From: a virus
Taxonomy: Duplodnaviria; Caudoviricetes
Virus record (IMG/VR): IMGVR_UViG_3300028840_003357
Span: 1-61,703 of that record
Direction: 5' to 3' (one strand)
Length of the DNA stretch: 61,703 bases
Position numbers and translations under genes: made by a program. Shown here one piece after another: positions 17,161 to 26,745 of the stretch. The notes beneath the pieces are model-generated. The model ran no database searches. It saw only the letters and a list, made by a program, of their open reading frames with translations, and was not told where the DNA came from. Position 1 is the first letter of the stretch. The number at the start of each line of letters is the position of its first letter.

Positions 17161-18068
17161 CAGAAGAACTCCTTTCTGGATTTCAGTTGTTCGTGGATGT
17201 TGTTGATCTCAGAGAACCTATCGATGCATTGGTGACTGCAGATGTATGGGAGGCACATCTTGTTCAGCTTCGTGTGTTCGACAGCCTTTTTCCATATCGA
17301 CGACCACGGATCCGAGAAGACGTTTCCGAAAGGTCTGATCAGTGGAGCTATGTCGACATCGTTGTTGGTCAGGCAACACGGAAAGACATCGCCGTCCGAT
17401 CCTATGTACAGCTGATAGAATACCGCGTAACAGTTCCTGAACTTGAAAGGATTCCCCTCTGGATCCGCGCCGTCGCAGGTTCCGTGATACGCACCCTTAC
17501 ACTTGACTTCGATTCCTCTCTCTTCGCACCACGCCTCTATCTTCTCCTGTTCGCCTTCGTTGGCCTTGTGGATCGTCGGTCTGACTCGAACGGTGACTTC
17601 GCCCAGCACCATCTTCTCTATTCCGTCGAGGACCTCGCCGACTGACACGCTATCTCCTCTGACCAACTTGTAGACATCCGGATCGATGGCGTCAAGACTA
17701 CAGCTGACGAACTTGGCTTGCGACAGGAGTCCCAGATCGATAGTCGGCGGCAGATAGCCGCTTGTCACCACGCCGAACGGAAAGTCTTTTTTGATATGCC
17801 AGTCCATGAGGATGTTGAAGTCGGTGTGGCAGAAAGGATCGCCGCCGGTGTAGCAGACCGTCTCGACTGGATCTCGTAGCCAGGTGAGAAAGTTGGTCCA
17901 CTCCACGACCTTCATGATGTTCTTCTTTTTCCTGAGTCTGTGACGGCACATCAGGCAACTGTTGAAACAGTGATCCGTGATGGCAACGTGAAGCGAGACA
18001 GGTGCGCCAAGCCTTCCCGTCTTGACGTAGTTGACATACTGCTTGATCTTGTCTGTTCTGTCCATCAC
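17160..18068 (-). CDS. Radical SAM enzyme with SPASM/twitch domain
   Basis: CFNSCLMC, TGGDP, SLDA, C...F..LYIGSDGDVFPCC, C...C. Confidence 0.9.
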   Translation of the reverse strand: MMDRTDKIKQYVNYVKTGRLGAPVSLHVAITDHCFNSCLMCRHRLRKKKNIMKVVEWTNFLTWLRDPVETVCYTGGDPFCHTDFNILMDWHIKKDFPFGVVTSGYLPPTIDLGLLSQAKFVSCSLDAIDPDVYKLVRGDSVSVGEVLDGIEKMVLGEVTVRVRPTIHKANEGEQEKIEAWCEERGIEVKCKGAYHGTCDGADPEGNPFKFRNCYAVFYQLYIGSDGDVFPCCLTNNDVDIAPLIRPFGNVFSDPWSSIWKKAVEHTKLNKMCLPYICSHQCIDRFSEINNIHEQLKSRKEFF

Positions 18069-18394
18069 TCTCTCCCTGGCTTCTTGATGTTCTCTATCGC
18101 GAAGGCGGCGTAGCAGATGAGATCCTTCAGGGAATCCAGAGCCACTTCCGGATTCTTGATCGTCTCTTCCAAGCCGTCGACAGATAGCTGTAGCCTGAAT
18201 CTCTTCAGCTTGTTCCTCATCTGATAGAACAGGAAGAGAAGTTCGTCCTCTCGATAGGTGTCGCCATACTGGTCTCTTCTATCCGCCCTGACCACCGCCG
18301 CCGAATGGAGAGCCTCAAGGAAGAACACGCCGGTGTTGTCCCTCAGCTTTTCCATCTGCTCCAACCAATGCTTTTTTTCTTCGTCTGTTGTCAT
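18065..18394 (-). CDS. Nucleotide-modification-associated (DUF1599-like, alpha-helical) protein
   Basis: RRDQYGD...KLKR...DSLKDLICYA pattern; GGAGG RBS. Confidence 0.65.
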   Translation of the reverse strand: MTTDEEKKHWLEQMEKLRDNTGVFFLEALHSAAVVRADRRDQYGDTYREDELLFLFYQMRNKLKRFRLQLSVDGLEETIKNPEVALDSLKDLICYAAFAIENIKKPGRE

Positions 18395-18410
18395 GATTTC
18401 CCTCCGTAAC

Positions 18411-18416
18411 ATTATA
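18411..18416 (-). promoter_or_regulatory. TATAAT -10 element
   Basis: Intergenic TATAAT just upstream of the RBS of the first gene in the modification cluster. Confidence 0.4.
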
Positions 18417-18419
18417 TCT

Positions 18420-21400
18420 CTATCCGACGTATTCGAAGAGACAGATTCTCTTTCCGTGTGCCTCTGGTCTGTCGCTGTGGATCGTCCTGACGAACTGCCA
18501 TTTTCTTGTGTTGAAGATCGCACCCCACTGGGGATCCTCTAGCTCGACGTCATTGGCTTCGCACCAGCTTCTTGCTTCAAGGACAGAGACAGGCTCGCCT
18601 GTTCTGAAAAAGAGATCTTTCATTGCGTTCCTGATCCTGGCGAACTTTTCCTTCGTCGATGTGCCGCCTTTCCTTTCGACGCTCTTGAGGATCCGGTTCC
18701 TGATCTCCAATCCGCGCTGCCTTCCGGCTTCTCCTCTCTCCTTCTTGTCCGCCTTTCCTTCCACACGGCTTCGAGGCGTTCCGAGGTCGGCTCCCACGGC
18801 TTCCAATGTCCGCGCAAAGTTCTTCAAGCCGGATATGAGTGGACGCCGATTCTCAGCCGAATGGAGAGCCGAAGCCGGATGGACGCAATAGCATATCCAG
18901 GCGTTATGGATCGGGCTCCATTCCGTAGTCGCGTTCAGCGACATGATGCCGGACTTCTGTCCGCTGATCCACTGGAGAGGAGTGTTGCCAAGGACGAGGA
19001 TGACCACAGGTTTGATCTCTTCCACCTCCTTGTCGAGCCACCTTTCTGAACAGGTTCTCATCTGCTTCGTCGTCGGCGCCTTCCCCTTCCCAGGAAAACA
19101 CTTCGCGACGTTGGTGACGTGGATGAGATCGCGAGTGATCCCCTGCTTTCCAAGAATCTGCCACGCCAACTTTCCTGACGCACCTATGAACGGAGTCCCC
19201 TCCGCGTCTTCATCCTTCCCTGGTGCTTCGCCGACGGCCATCACATTCCATAGTCCCGGATCCGCCGGAACAGGGCCGCGACATATCTTGGAGAGCTCAC
19301 AGCTTTCGCAATTGTCAAGGCTGACGAGGCACTCTGGATCCGCCGCCTGCTTGGAGACGCCTATCAGATCGACGTCCATGTCGAAGATGTCCGCCGACTT
19401 CAGTTGATCGTCGAACCATATCTTCTGGCAGAACACGTTCTTGATCCTCTGCTTGCCGCCGACGTTGATTCCTTTTCCTCTGGTGGATTCGATGACAACG
19501 TTCTTGCCTTTGCAGTGTTCGATCTCATCTTTCCTCTGCTTGTAAAGGTCGCCATCGAAGGTGATCATCTCCGCGGCCGAATCGTCTCTGATGTATCCGT
19601 AGACGCCTCCGAGCGATGAGGATCCAGCGCGTCTGGCGGAGTGGCTTTGGACTCCTTTCTTGTAGCTGTACTTCATCTCGTCGATCTTCCCAAACATCAA
19701 TGCGGTCTTGTCCACATATCCTCCTGTCAGGATGTCGTCTATCGAGTAGAGATACGGATCGAGGAGGTTCAGGATTCCTCTGATGTCGCGAAGGGGATCC
19801 TGTGACATGTCGAAGGCGAGAAGGTCTGCTATCTCCTCCACTTCATCGTCGGTGAAGGACAGCTTCTCATCGTCGAAGGCATGGACTCTTTGGAGAACCT
19901 TGACGATGTTCGACGGCAGGTTCTTGTCGACTTCCTTCTCGGCGAAGAACCCCTCCTGAGCGACTCCTTCCCTCAGCTTCCTGATCTTCTCACACGCCTT
20001 CGGCCCTATGCCTTTGATCTCCAGAAGAGGCATCAACAAGTCTGTTCCTTTCGCCACCCACGACTCCGGTTCTGAAGTCTTGACCTTCGGCGGAACGATC
20101 TTCAGCTTCAGGCGTCTGGCTTCCTTGATGAGCTCGTCCTTGAGATCATCCTTGGCATGCGTCAGAGTCGCGGCCATGAATTCCGCCGGATAGTACACCT
20201 TCAGCCACATGTCCCAGTAGGTGATCATGGAATACTCGACCGAATGAGATTTGTTGAAGCCGTACGACCCGAAGCTGGATAGTTCGTCCCATACCTCGCC
20301 GGCGGCCGATGGATCCAGAGTGCCTTTCTTGCTACAGCCTTCGACGAACATCGTCTTGTACTTCGCGAAGAGACTATCGCCTTGACTCTTGCTGACGACC
20401 TTGCGGATCAGGTCGCAATTCTTCCAAGTCATTCCTGCCAAGTCGTACGCCAACATCATAATCTGTTCCTGATAGAGAATGATGCCGTGCGTGTCTTCGG
20501 TCAGGTCTTTCATGCTCGGATGGATGTGTTCCCATTCGCTCTCGCCATTCTTCCTCGCCCTGAATTCTTCCGCCGTTCCTGCTCTCAAGGTGCCTGGTCG
20601 CCACAGGGCAGTGGCATCCACGATGTCGGAGAACTTTTGGATGCCGAGCGCTTCGCAGAACCTTCTGAGCCCCGGCGAAGACAACTGAAAGGCACCGACC
20701 GTGTGTCCCATTGAGACTTCGGCGAGGACATCAGGATCGTCGAGCGTCAGGCTTTCATAGTCGACGTCGACTCCGTGGTTCTTCTTGATCATGTCCTTGG
20801 CATCGGACAGGACGCTCAAGGCAGACAGGCCAAGCACGTCAAGCTTCATCATCCCGAAGTACTCGACGTCGTGCTTGTCCCAGTTTGCGACGACGACATC
20901 CTTTCCTCTGACCGCAAGAGAACAGCGCCTTCCTTCCAGAAGGCTCTCTTCAGACACGCATATCCCTGCCGCGTGTTGTCCCGCTCCTCTGACCTGTCCC
21001 TCTATCCTCATCGCGAAGTCTGCGACGTGGGGATATTTCTTCTTGAACCGCTTTCCATCTTCGAAGGTCTCGAAGGCATCCTCTATCGTGTAGTCAGCGC
21101 GATCGTCTCCCATGGACCTGACGACGATGGCCTTCGCCGCCTTGTCTATGTCGATGTATGGAAGGTCGAAGACTCTGCCGATGTCTCTGATCGCCGCCTT
21201 TCCTTTCAAGGTCGAGAAGGTGGAGACTCCAGCGACGCAATCCTTCCCGTACATGTCTTCGAGATGCTTCCTGACGAGGTGCCTCTTCCTGTCTTCAAAA
21301 TCCATGTCTATGTCCGGAAGGTCGATGCGCGCAGGCGATATGAATCTGGAAAAGACAAGACCGTGCACCAGCGGATCCACTCCTGTGATCCTCATCAGAT

Positions 21401-22556
21401 AAGCGACAAGACTTCCGCCGACGCTTCCTCTTCCTGGACCTGTCATCACGTCGTTATGTCGGCACCAGTTTATGAGCTCCCAGACGATCAGGAAGTATCT
21501 CTGGAAACCGAGATTGCAGATGATCTCCATCTCTTCCTCTATCCTGTCGTCGTACATCTTCTCCGTCACTTCCCTGTCCTTGTAATCCAGCTTCGGAGTC
21601 TTTCCCTCGATCAGTTCCTCCCAGCCGTCCTCTATGACGGACCACATCGCCTCCGTGTCGTCGTCCGATTTCACTCCCTGAACGCGAGGCAGAGAGACTT
21701 CCCTGCCCGGAAGCTCCGGGAATCCTTCGTAGCATTCTTCAGCTATCTCCACGGTCAGGTCAAGAGCTTCGTCGACGCTGGCGATCAGTTCCTTGGATCC
21801 GCCCTGTTCGATGAAGGCGTCCATCATCTCTTCTCTGGATCTGAGGTGAAGACCTGTCACACTGAACCGCCATCGGTTTGGGTCTTTCCACTTCGCCTGC
21901 CGTTGTATGGCCAAGAGGACCTCCTGAAGTTCCGCGTCTTTTTCCAGCGGATAGTGGCAGTCGTTCGTCGCCACGACGCCAATCCTCCCACCGAATTCAT
22001 CCGCGAAGTCAAGAGTCATCTCGTTCACGACCAGCTGATCTTCAAAGTCGTGCGGCATTATCTCGCCAAGCACTCTATCGTCGCCGACTTCCTGAACGAG
22101 ATTCTTCATGAATTCGAGTCCCCACTTCTCCTTCAGGATCGTGGAGGTACAAGCTGTCATCCAGAACAGACCGTCGCAGTGTTCGAAGATCATGTCCGGA
22201 TCCACCCTCGGCCGGCGATAGAATCCGTCGAGGTTCGCCTTCGTTGTCAGCTGTAACAGATTCTGCCAGCCTTTCGGATGGGCGACCAGAACAGTGACGT
22301 GAAGTCTCTTCTCCCCCTTCTCCTTGACAGACGCATCCTTGACGACGTACAGTTCGCTTCCGAAGACCGGCTTGATGTCGCCGGCTTGACATGCCTTCTG
22401 GAACTTCAGGCATCCGTCCACGTTTCCGTGGTCCGTGATGGCCAAGTACTCCATCCCAAGATCGTTGGCCCTCTCGACATACTGCTCGGCGGATCCGAGG
22501 CCATCGAGAAGGCTGTACTGATGATGGACGTGCAGGTGACAGAAGTCTTTACTCAT
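18420..22556 (-). CDS. dnaE: DNA polymerase III alpha subunit fused to a family-4 uracil-DNA glycosylase domain
   Basis: PHP HLHVH..YSLLDG, ITDHG, GRGS.GGS, PDIDMDF, GFNKSHS; C-terminal CESC, GEAPG, PFIG.SG, NVAKC, HPA. Confidence 0.95.
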   Translation of the reverse strand: MSKDFCHLHVHHQYSLLDGLGSAEQYVERANDLGMEYLAITDHGNVDGCLKFQKACQAGDIKPVFGSELYVVKDASVKEKGEKRLHVTVLVAHPKGWQNLLQLTTKANLDGFYRRPRVDPDMIFEHCDGLFWMTACTSTILKEKWGLEFMKNLVQEVGDDRVLGEIMPHDFEDQLVVNEMTLDFADEFGGRIGVVATNDCHYPLEKDAELQEVLLAIQRQAKWKDPNRWRFSVTGLHLRSREEMMDAFIEQGGSKELIASVDEALDLTVEIAEECYEGFPELPGREVSLPRVQGVKSDDDTEAMWSVIEDGWEELIEGKTPKLDYKDREVTEKMYDDRIEEEMEIICNLGFQRYFLIVWELINWCRHNDVMTGPGRGSVGGSLVAYLMRITGVDPLVHGLVFSRFISPARIDLPDIDMDFEDRKRHLVRKHLEDMYGKDCVAGVSTFSTLKGKAAIRDIGRVFDLPYIDIDKAAKAIVVRSMGDDRADYTIEDAFETFEDGKRFKKKYPHVADFAMRIEGQVRGAGQHAAGICVSEESLLEGRRCSLAVRGKDVVVANWDKHDVEYFGMMKLDVLGLSALSVLSDAKDMIKKNHGVDVDYESLTLDDPDVLAEVSMGHTVGAFQLSSPGLRRFCEALGIQKFSDIVDATALWRPGTLRAGTAEEFRARKNGESEWEHIHPSMKDLTEDTHGIILYQEQIMMLAYDLAGMTWKNCDLIRKVVSKSQGDSLFAKYKTMFVEGCSKKGTLDPSAAGEVWDELSSFGSYGFNKSHSVEYSMITYWDMWLKVYYPAEFMAATLTHAKDDLKDELIKEARRLKLKIVPPKVKTSEPESWVAKGTDLLMPLLEIKGIGPKACEKIRKLREGVAQEGFFAEKEVDKNLPSNIVKVLQRVHAFDDEKLSFTDDEVEEIADLLAFDMSQDPLRDIRGILNLLDPYLYSIDDILTGGYVDKTALMFGKIDEMKYSYKKGVQSHSARRAGSSSLGGVYGYIRDDSAAEMITFDGDLYKQRKDEIEHCKGKNVVIESTRGKGINVGGKQRIKNVFCQKIWFDDQLKSADIFDMDVDLIGVSKQAADPECLVSLDNCESCELSKICRGPVPADPGLWNVMAVGEAPGKDEDAEGTPFIGASGKLAWQILGKQGITRDLIHVTNVAKCFPGKGKAPTTKQMRTCSERWLDKEVEEIKPVVILVLGNTPLQWISGQKSGIMSLNATTEWSPIHNAWICYCVHPASALHSAENRRPLISGLKNFARTLEAVGADLGTPRSRVEGKADKKERGEAGRQRGLEIRNRILKSVERKGGTSTKEKFARIRNAMKDLFFRTGEPVSVLEARSWCEANDVELEDPQWGAIFNTRKWQFVRTIHSDRPEAHGKRICLFEYVG

Positions 22557-23403
22557 TCCAAAGCCTCCCCAGTCTCTTCTTGATTTCATCTTCACCGATC
22601 GCCGAAGTCTTATCGCCGGCGAAGGTTCTCTCTTTGTCGTAACCGAACGCCCAGACATCCTTGGCGTACATCTCTTCAACCATGTCAGCTGTCTCTTCAT
22701 CGTACAGCTCTTCCATCGGCGGCTTTTCCTTGACGTAGTGCATCCGCTGATGGATCGTCAGGTCGTGATCGAATCCTATCATGTCGCACATCGCATCCCA
22801 GTCCCAGAGAAGGTTCTCGAACCTTCCGATGAATGAAAGGTCGGGGTGGGTCCACCTCCACTGCTGATCTGGAATCCTGTAGCGTGGCGAATTCACGTCC
22901 AGAGAAGAGACGATCTTCTCGACGTGTAGCTTCCTGACGAAGTCTTTGAAAGTCTTACAGCCTTTCAGCTGTGTGTGTTGGGACGTGTTGCCGAAGACGA
23001 ACCAGACGGACATCATCCGCGTCCACGGATTCCTGACGAAGCAGAAAGAGAGCACGCCGTCGAAGAACTCCTGCGGACACAGCCCCTCATTCATGATGAC
23101 ATTCAGGGGCATGTGGTTGTAGCAGACGTGGAAGCGATTCAGATCCGGGCGTTCGCCGCGCCGCAGGTGTTCGAACTCCGCGATCCTGCTCAGCCGTCCG
23201 ATCCTGATGTAGTTGATGACGTTCCGCTTGAAGACAAAGTGCATTGACTCAGAAGCGGTCCTCGGAACCTTCAGAAAGATGAACGGCTTCACCTTCTGAC
23301 CCGAGGACCCCATCTGCCTGTTTCTATCCTCGCAGTCGGCCAGGGTTTCCACGATGCTGTGGTCACTCCTGGCCGACCTTGAGCGCTTGGACTTGGCCGC
23401 CAT
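22549..23403 (-). CDS. Sulfotransferase (Sulfotransfer_2-like)
   Basis: FIFLKVPRTASES (5'-PSB), FVRNPWTR..S (3'-PB), FIGRFENL, Y..D...FGY. Confidence 0.8.
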   Translation of the reverse strand: MAAKSKRSRSARSDHSIVETLADCEDRNRQMGSSGQKVKPFIFLKVPRTASESMHFVFKRNVINYIRIGRLSRIAEFEHLRRGERPDLNRFHVCYNHMPLNVIMNEGLCPQEFFDGVLSFCFVRNPWTRMMSVWFVFGNTSQHTQLKGCKTFKDFVRKLHVEKIVSSLDVNSPRYRIPDQQWRWTHPDLSFIGRFENLLWDWDAMCDMIGFDHDLTIHQRMHYVKEKPPMEELYDEETADMVEEMYAKDVWAFGYDKERTFAGDKTSAIGEDEIKKRLGRLWNE

Positions 23404-24038
23404 TACACGACGACCTTGATGTATCCGTTCCTGGCGTGGTGATAGACAGCTGAACGTGCGCCACCCTTCTTGATGTAGGTCGCGATCTTCATGCCATCCT
23501 TCATCAGCTTGAAGCGGTCGTACGCCTTCGTCCCCTTCCTGTGAGGATTCTCGTCCACCAGGAACTTGATGACGCCTTCATCGGGACAGCTGATCTTCTT
23601 GCCGTTCTTTTTCTTCGCCGCAGGTTTCTTCGCCGCGGGTTTCTTCGCCGGAGGTTTCTTGGCAGCAGGCTTCTCTTTGGCCGGCGCCTTCTTGGTCGCG
23701 GGTTTCTTTCCGTTACCGTTCTTCGCCTTCGCAGGCGCCGCCTTTTTCTTTGCCGCTGCTTTCTTCGTCACTTTCTTTTCCTCCGGTTCGTCCTCATCTG
23801 CACTGCCGGCCTGGATCTCCACGCCGAGCTGTTCCAAGACATCGAAGGTGTCCTGTTCGAGCTCATCCTGCTCGAAGAATCCACCGTCATCTGCCTTGCC
23901 TTCCTCCAGGATCGCCTCGATGATTTCATCTTCCGATCCCTTGGTCGGTAGTGGCGTGTCCAGATCCAGAACCTTGTTGATGTCCTTCACCGCCGCGACC
24001 AACCTTTTCTTCTCTACCGCTACTGCTTTCTTCGCCAT
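23403..24038 (-). CDS. Protein with histone H1-like KKPAA repeats (putative DNA-binding)
   Basis: Acidic N-domain, repeated KKPA(A/P)/KKAA units, C-terminal NP.RKGTKAY.RF domain. Confidence 0.65.
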   Translation of the reverse strand: MAKKAVAVEKKRLVAAVKDINKVLDLDTPLPTKGSEDEIIEAILEEGKADDGGFFEQDELEQDTFDVLEQLGVEIQAGSADEDEPEEKKVTKKAAAKKKAAPAKAKNGNGKKPATKKAPAKEKPAAKKPPAKKPAAKKPAAKKKNGKKISCPDEGVIKFLVDENPHRKGTKAYDRFKLMKDGMKIATYIKKGGARSAVYHHARNGYIKVVV

Positions 24039-24113
24039 CGTCCTTCCTCCTTCTTTCCTTCCTGTTTGTTTTCGATTGCTTCTCCTTTATGATGGAGCAT
24101 CCTGTTACGCTGT

Positions 24114-24122
24114 ATTATATCA
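24114..24122 (-). promoter_or_regulatory. Extended -10 promoter TGATATAAT
   Basis: TGnTATAAT in the intergenic region upstream of 24038. Confidence 0.5.
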
Positions 24123-24156
24123 TGATCAGACAGCTTCCCGCGAAAGTTTGTCCCTG

Positions 24157-25725
24157 TCAACCCTGTCTCTTTCTCCACCAGCTGCCGACTAGCGGACGAC
24201 CTTGACCGAGAGCCTGAACGATACAGACCTGATCTGAAATCGTGTAGTGACCTTTGCGAAGTTTGAAGTACGCCCACCTGGCGATTCCTCTTGCCTTCTC
24301 CACATCTGTCTGGTTGATGCCTATGCCTCCGGTCAGGACATCATTCCTGCGGCGATCTTCGTTGAAGTTCTTCAGGTTGATCGTCTCCGTCTCATAGCTG
24401 TTGGCGTCCCCCTGATCTGCCGCTATCGCCAAGATGTTCCACTTGAAAGCGAGGCCTCTCATCGCGCTCCACTTTCCAGCTTCCTGATGACGGAACTGAT
24501 CGAAGGCGTCGTCGCTAGCCAGCTCATCCATGTAGTCGACGATCAGGACGTCGGCAAGCCAATCGTCATAGTCGCTCCACCTCTGGAGAAGCGAATCCAA
24601 TCCTGAAGGCGACACGCCTTTGCTTGGGAAGCACTGAAGCTTGAAGTCTCTTCCCTTCATCCTCTTCATGAATCTCTTGCCGAGCTTCACCGCCTCTGAT
24701 CTGGTCAGCGGATCCACAGCCTCTCTCCAATACCACCAAGCCGCTCCTCTGAACTTCGGGTCATCTTGACAGACCGAGCACGGCTTGTAGTTGTCGGGCG
24801 CGTCGTCAGGATGAGGGAACTCCGCATCAAGAAGATCGCGGGGCAGACCGACGGTGCTCTTCCGTTGGCGTTTCTTGCACTGATCCGTCTGATTCAACCA
24901 GCAGTCGAGACAGGGAATCCACATGGCATCGCAGTCGTCCGGATCGCTCGACCTTCCTGCGAGGTTCTCCGCCCACCTGAGGGCGTATTCCTCTTCGGAC
25001 ATGTCTCCGACCCCGATGAAGGCCACGTTCAGCCTCGCCCTCGCTGCGAACTTCGCCAGCTCCTGAAGCGTGAAAGTCTTTCCTCTTCCCACCACTCCTC
25101 TGAAGCTGATGAAGTTCTTTCTGTGTAGCTGTACGGACAACAACTTTCCGGCGGCCCCCGGAAGGGTGAACATCGGCTTGGACATCCTCTCGAACGCTCT
25201 GTCGATGAGATCGATGTCGACGAATGGATTCACGCCTTCGCCGATGGTCCTCTCGATCTTCCTGTGCTGAGACCACACTGTCTCTGCATCCTCGATCCTT
25301 CCGTCCTCCAGAAGAGCGTTGGCGTCGTCGGTGGTGATCTTCAGACTCCTGAGGCGGAAGTATCTCATCGCCTGCTCCACAACGTACCCTTCGTTGAAGC
25401 CGTCGTCCCTTTCGAACTCCGAACTGATACCGGACAGGAAGTCGTTGACGGTGCTGGCCAGACTGGATTCCATTCCATTCTTCTTTTCGCGATGATAGAC
25501 ATCCTGTATGTGTCTCTTCGAAGGTTCGCGATGAGACCGCCAGAAGTCAAGCGCCTTCGTTGCGGTCCACCTGGTGAAGTCGGCACAGAAGAAATCCTCT
25601 TCGAATATTGGATCCAGCTCCTTGCAGACTCTTTCGCTGACTATCAGCCCCGTGCATATCAGCCTCTCTATCCTCGCGTCAAGTCCCTGTTTCTTCTGCC
25701 GCTTCTTGAATATGCCTTTCGTCAT
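24157..25725 (-). CDS. DnaB-like replicative helicase
   Basis: Walker A GVVGRGKT, DMSEE, VLIVDYMD, ADQ, INQT..EK, KLR. Confidence 0.8.
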   Translation of the reverse strand: MTKGIFKKRQKKQGLDARIERLICTGLIVSERVCKELDPIFEEDFFCADFTRWTATKALDFWRSHREPSKRHIQDVYHREKKNGMESSLASTVNDFLSGISSEFERDDGFNEGYVVEQAMRYFRLRSLKITTDDANALLEDGRIEDAETVWSQHRKIERTIGEGVNPFVDIDLIDRAFERMSKPMFTLPGAAGKLLSVQLHRKNFISFRGVVGRGKTFTLQELAKFAARARLNVAFIGVGDMSEEEYALRWAENLAGRSSDPDDCDAMWIPCLDCWLNQTDQCKKRQRKSTVGLPRDLLDAEFPHPDDAPDNYKPCSVCQDDPKFRGAAWWYWREAVDPLTRSEAVKLGKRFMKRMKGRDFKLQCFPSKGVSPSGLDSLLQRWSDYDDWLADVLIVDYMDELASDDAFDQFRHQEAGKWSAMRGLAFKWNILAIAADQGDANSYETETINLKNFNEDRRRNDVLTGGIGINQTDVEKARGIARWAYFKLRKGHYTISDQVCIVQALGQGRPLVGSWWRKRQG

Positions 25726-26534
25726 CCGCCGATCCTCCTCCGCGGCTTGTCAGGTCGCAAGACTGTACGCTTGTGCCCGTTGCCGCCCTTGCCTTTTTTC
25801 TTTTCGCTTCTCTTGATCGCCGCCTCGATCCTCTCAAACTTCTCTCTGAACGCTCTAGCGCTCCACGCCTCAGGAACGTAGTCGTCGCCTATGATCTTGG
25901 CGTATCCTTTCAGTGCCGCGTCGACTCTGTTCATCGGCACTCCGTCTAGCTCTATCAGTCCCCTGAAGGAATCATCCCATCGGAACATCTTCACAGTCTT
26001 GACGACCTTTCGTTTCTTCTGGATGATCGACAGAAGCCTTTCACTCAACGGCCGATAGATTTCTTCCCTTCTCTTTCTTTCCGATCCTTCCCGTTCAGAC
26101 GCTTTGCCGTCTGAACAGATAGATTTCTTTTTATTATTATCATGGCAATTTTCTTCCATAGGGTCTAGCAATTTTTTGCCATAGTCCTGCTTCTTGTTTT
26201 CGCTGGCGTACTTCATCTGCTTGTCCATCACAAGACTTTCTATCAGACGCTTGTTGGCTTCCGATGGATCGATGCTGACGATTCTGAGGAAGCCCTGTTC
26301 CTCAAGGTTGGCGACGCCTGCACTGATGGTTCTGATCTTTGCGCCAAGAAGAGATCCCATGTAGGCGTTGGATGCGTAGCAGTATTGACCGCCGTCTCTG
26401 GAGTGGTCAAGGTGGTGGATGATCGTCGCAAGCAGAACTTCTCGCGGCGTGAGTTTACCCTCTCTCATCGCGTCCATCAGGACGGAGTAAACTGAGTAGT
26501 GATCAAGCGCATTCGGCTTCTGTCGTCTTGCCAT
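25722..26534 (-). CDS. Replication initiator-like protein (N-terminal winged HTH)
   Basis: CYASNAY...LG...RTIS..V..L...GFL; C-terminal WSARAFREKF motif; sits between primase and helicase. Confidence 0.7.
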   Translation of the reverse strand: MARRQKPNALDHYSVYSVLMDAMREGKLTPREVLLATIIHHLDHSRDGGQYCYASNAYMGSLLGAKIRTISAGVANLEEQGFLRIVSIDPSEANKRLIESLVMDKQMKYASENKKQDYGKKLLDPMEENCHDNNKKKSICSDGKASEREGSERKRREEIYRPLSERLLSIIQKKRKVVKTVKMFRWDDSFRGLIELDGVPMNRVDAALKGYAKIIGDDYVPEAWSARAFREKFERIEAAIKRSEKKKGKGGNGHKRTVLRPDKPRRRIGG

Positions 26535-26550
26535 TTTGCCTCCTCTCTCC

Positions 26551-26636
26551 AAAAAAAAAGAAGGAACCCCGCGTGACTGCTGGCGGCAAGGAGCGTCGAG
26601 GCGGACGCCGGCGGATGCCAGAGCACACGGGGTTCC
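26551..26636 (-). promoter_or_regulatory. Structured leader element: 13-bp closing stem plus U-tract upstream of the initiator RBS
   Basis: On - strand GGAACCCCGTGTG pairs with CACGCGGGGTTCC (one G-U), followed by TTC-T9. Confidence 0.6.
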
Positions 26637-26695
26637 AAAGTTCAATTTCTTTCAACAACATTTTGCCATCTCCGCCATCTCCATCACGATCGCGA

Positions 26696-26742
26696 ATTTT
26701 ACCAAAGCATTTTCGCTGGTGTAAAGTCCTGATGTAAAGTCC
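26696..26742 (-). promoter_or_regulatory. Sigma70-like promoter with a direct repeat over the -35
   Basis: TTTACA-18 nt-TAAAAT with extended TG; GGACTTTACA repeated at 26720-26729 and 26733-26742. Confidence 0.55.
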
Positions 26743-26745
26743 ATC

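Noticed and set aside
24114-24160. TTGACA (24155-24160) paired with TATAAT (24114-24119)
   Set aside because: Spacing is 35 nt, too long; only the extended -10 was kept
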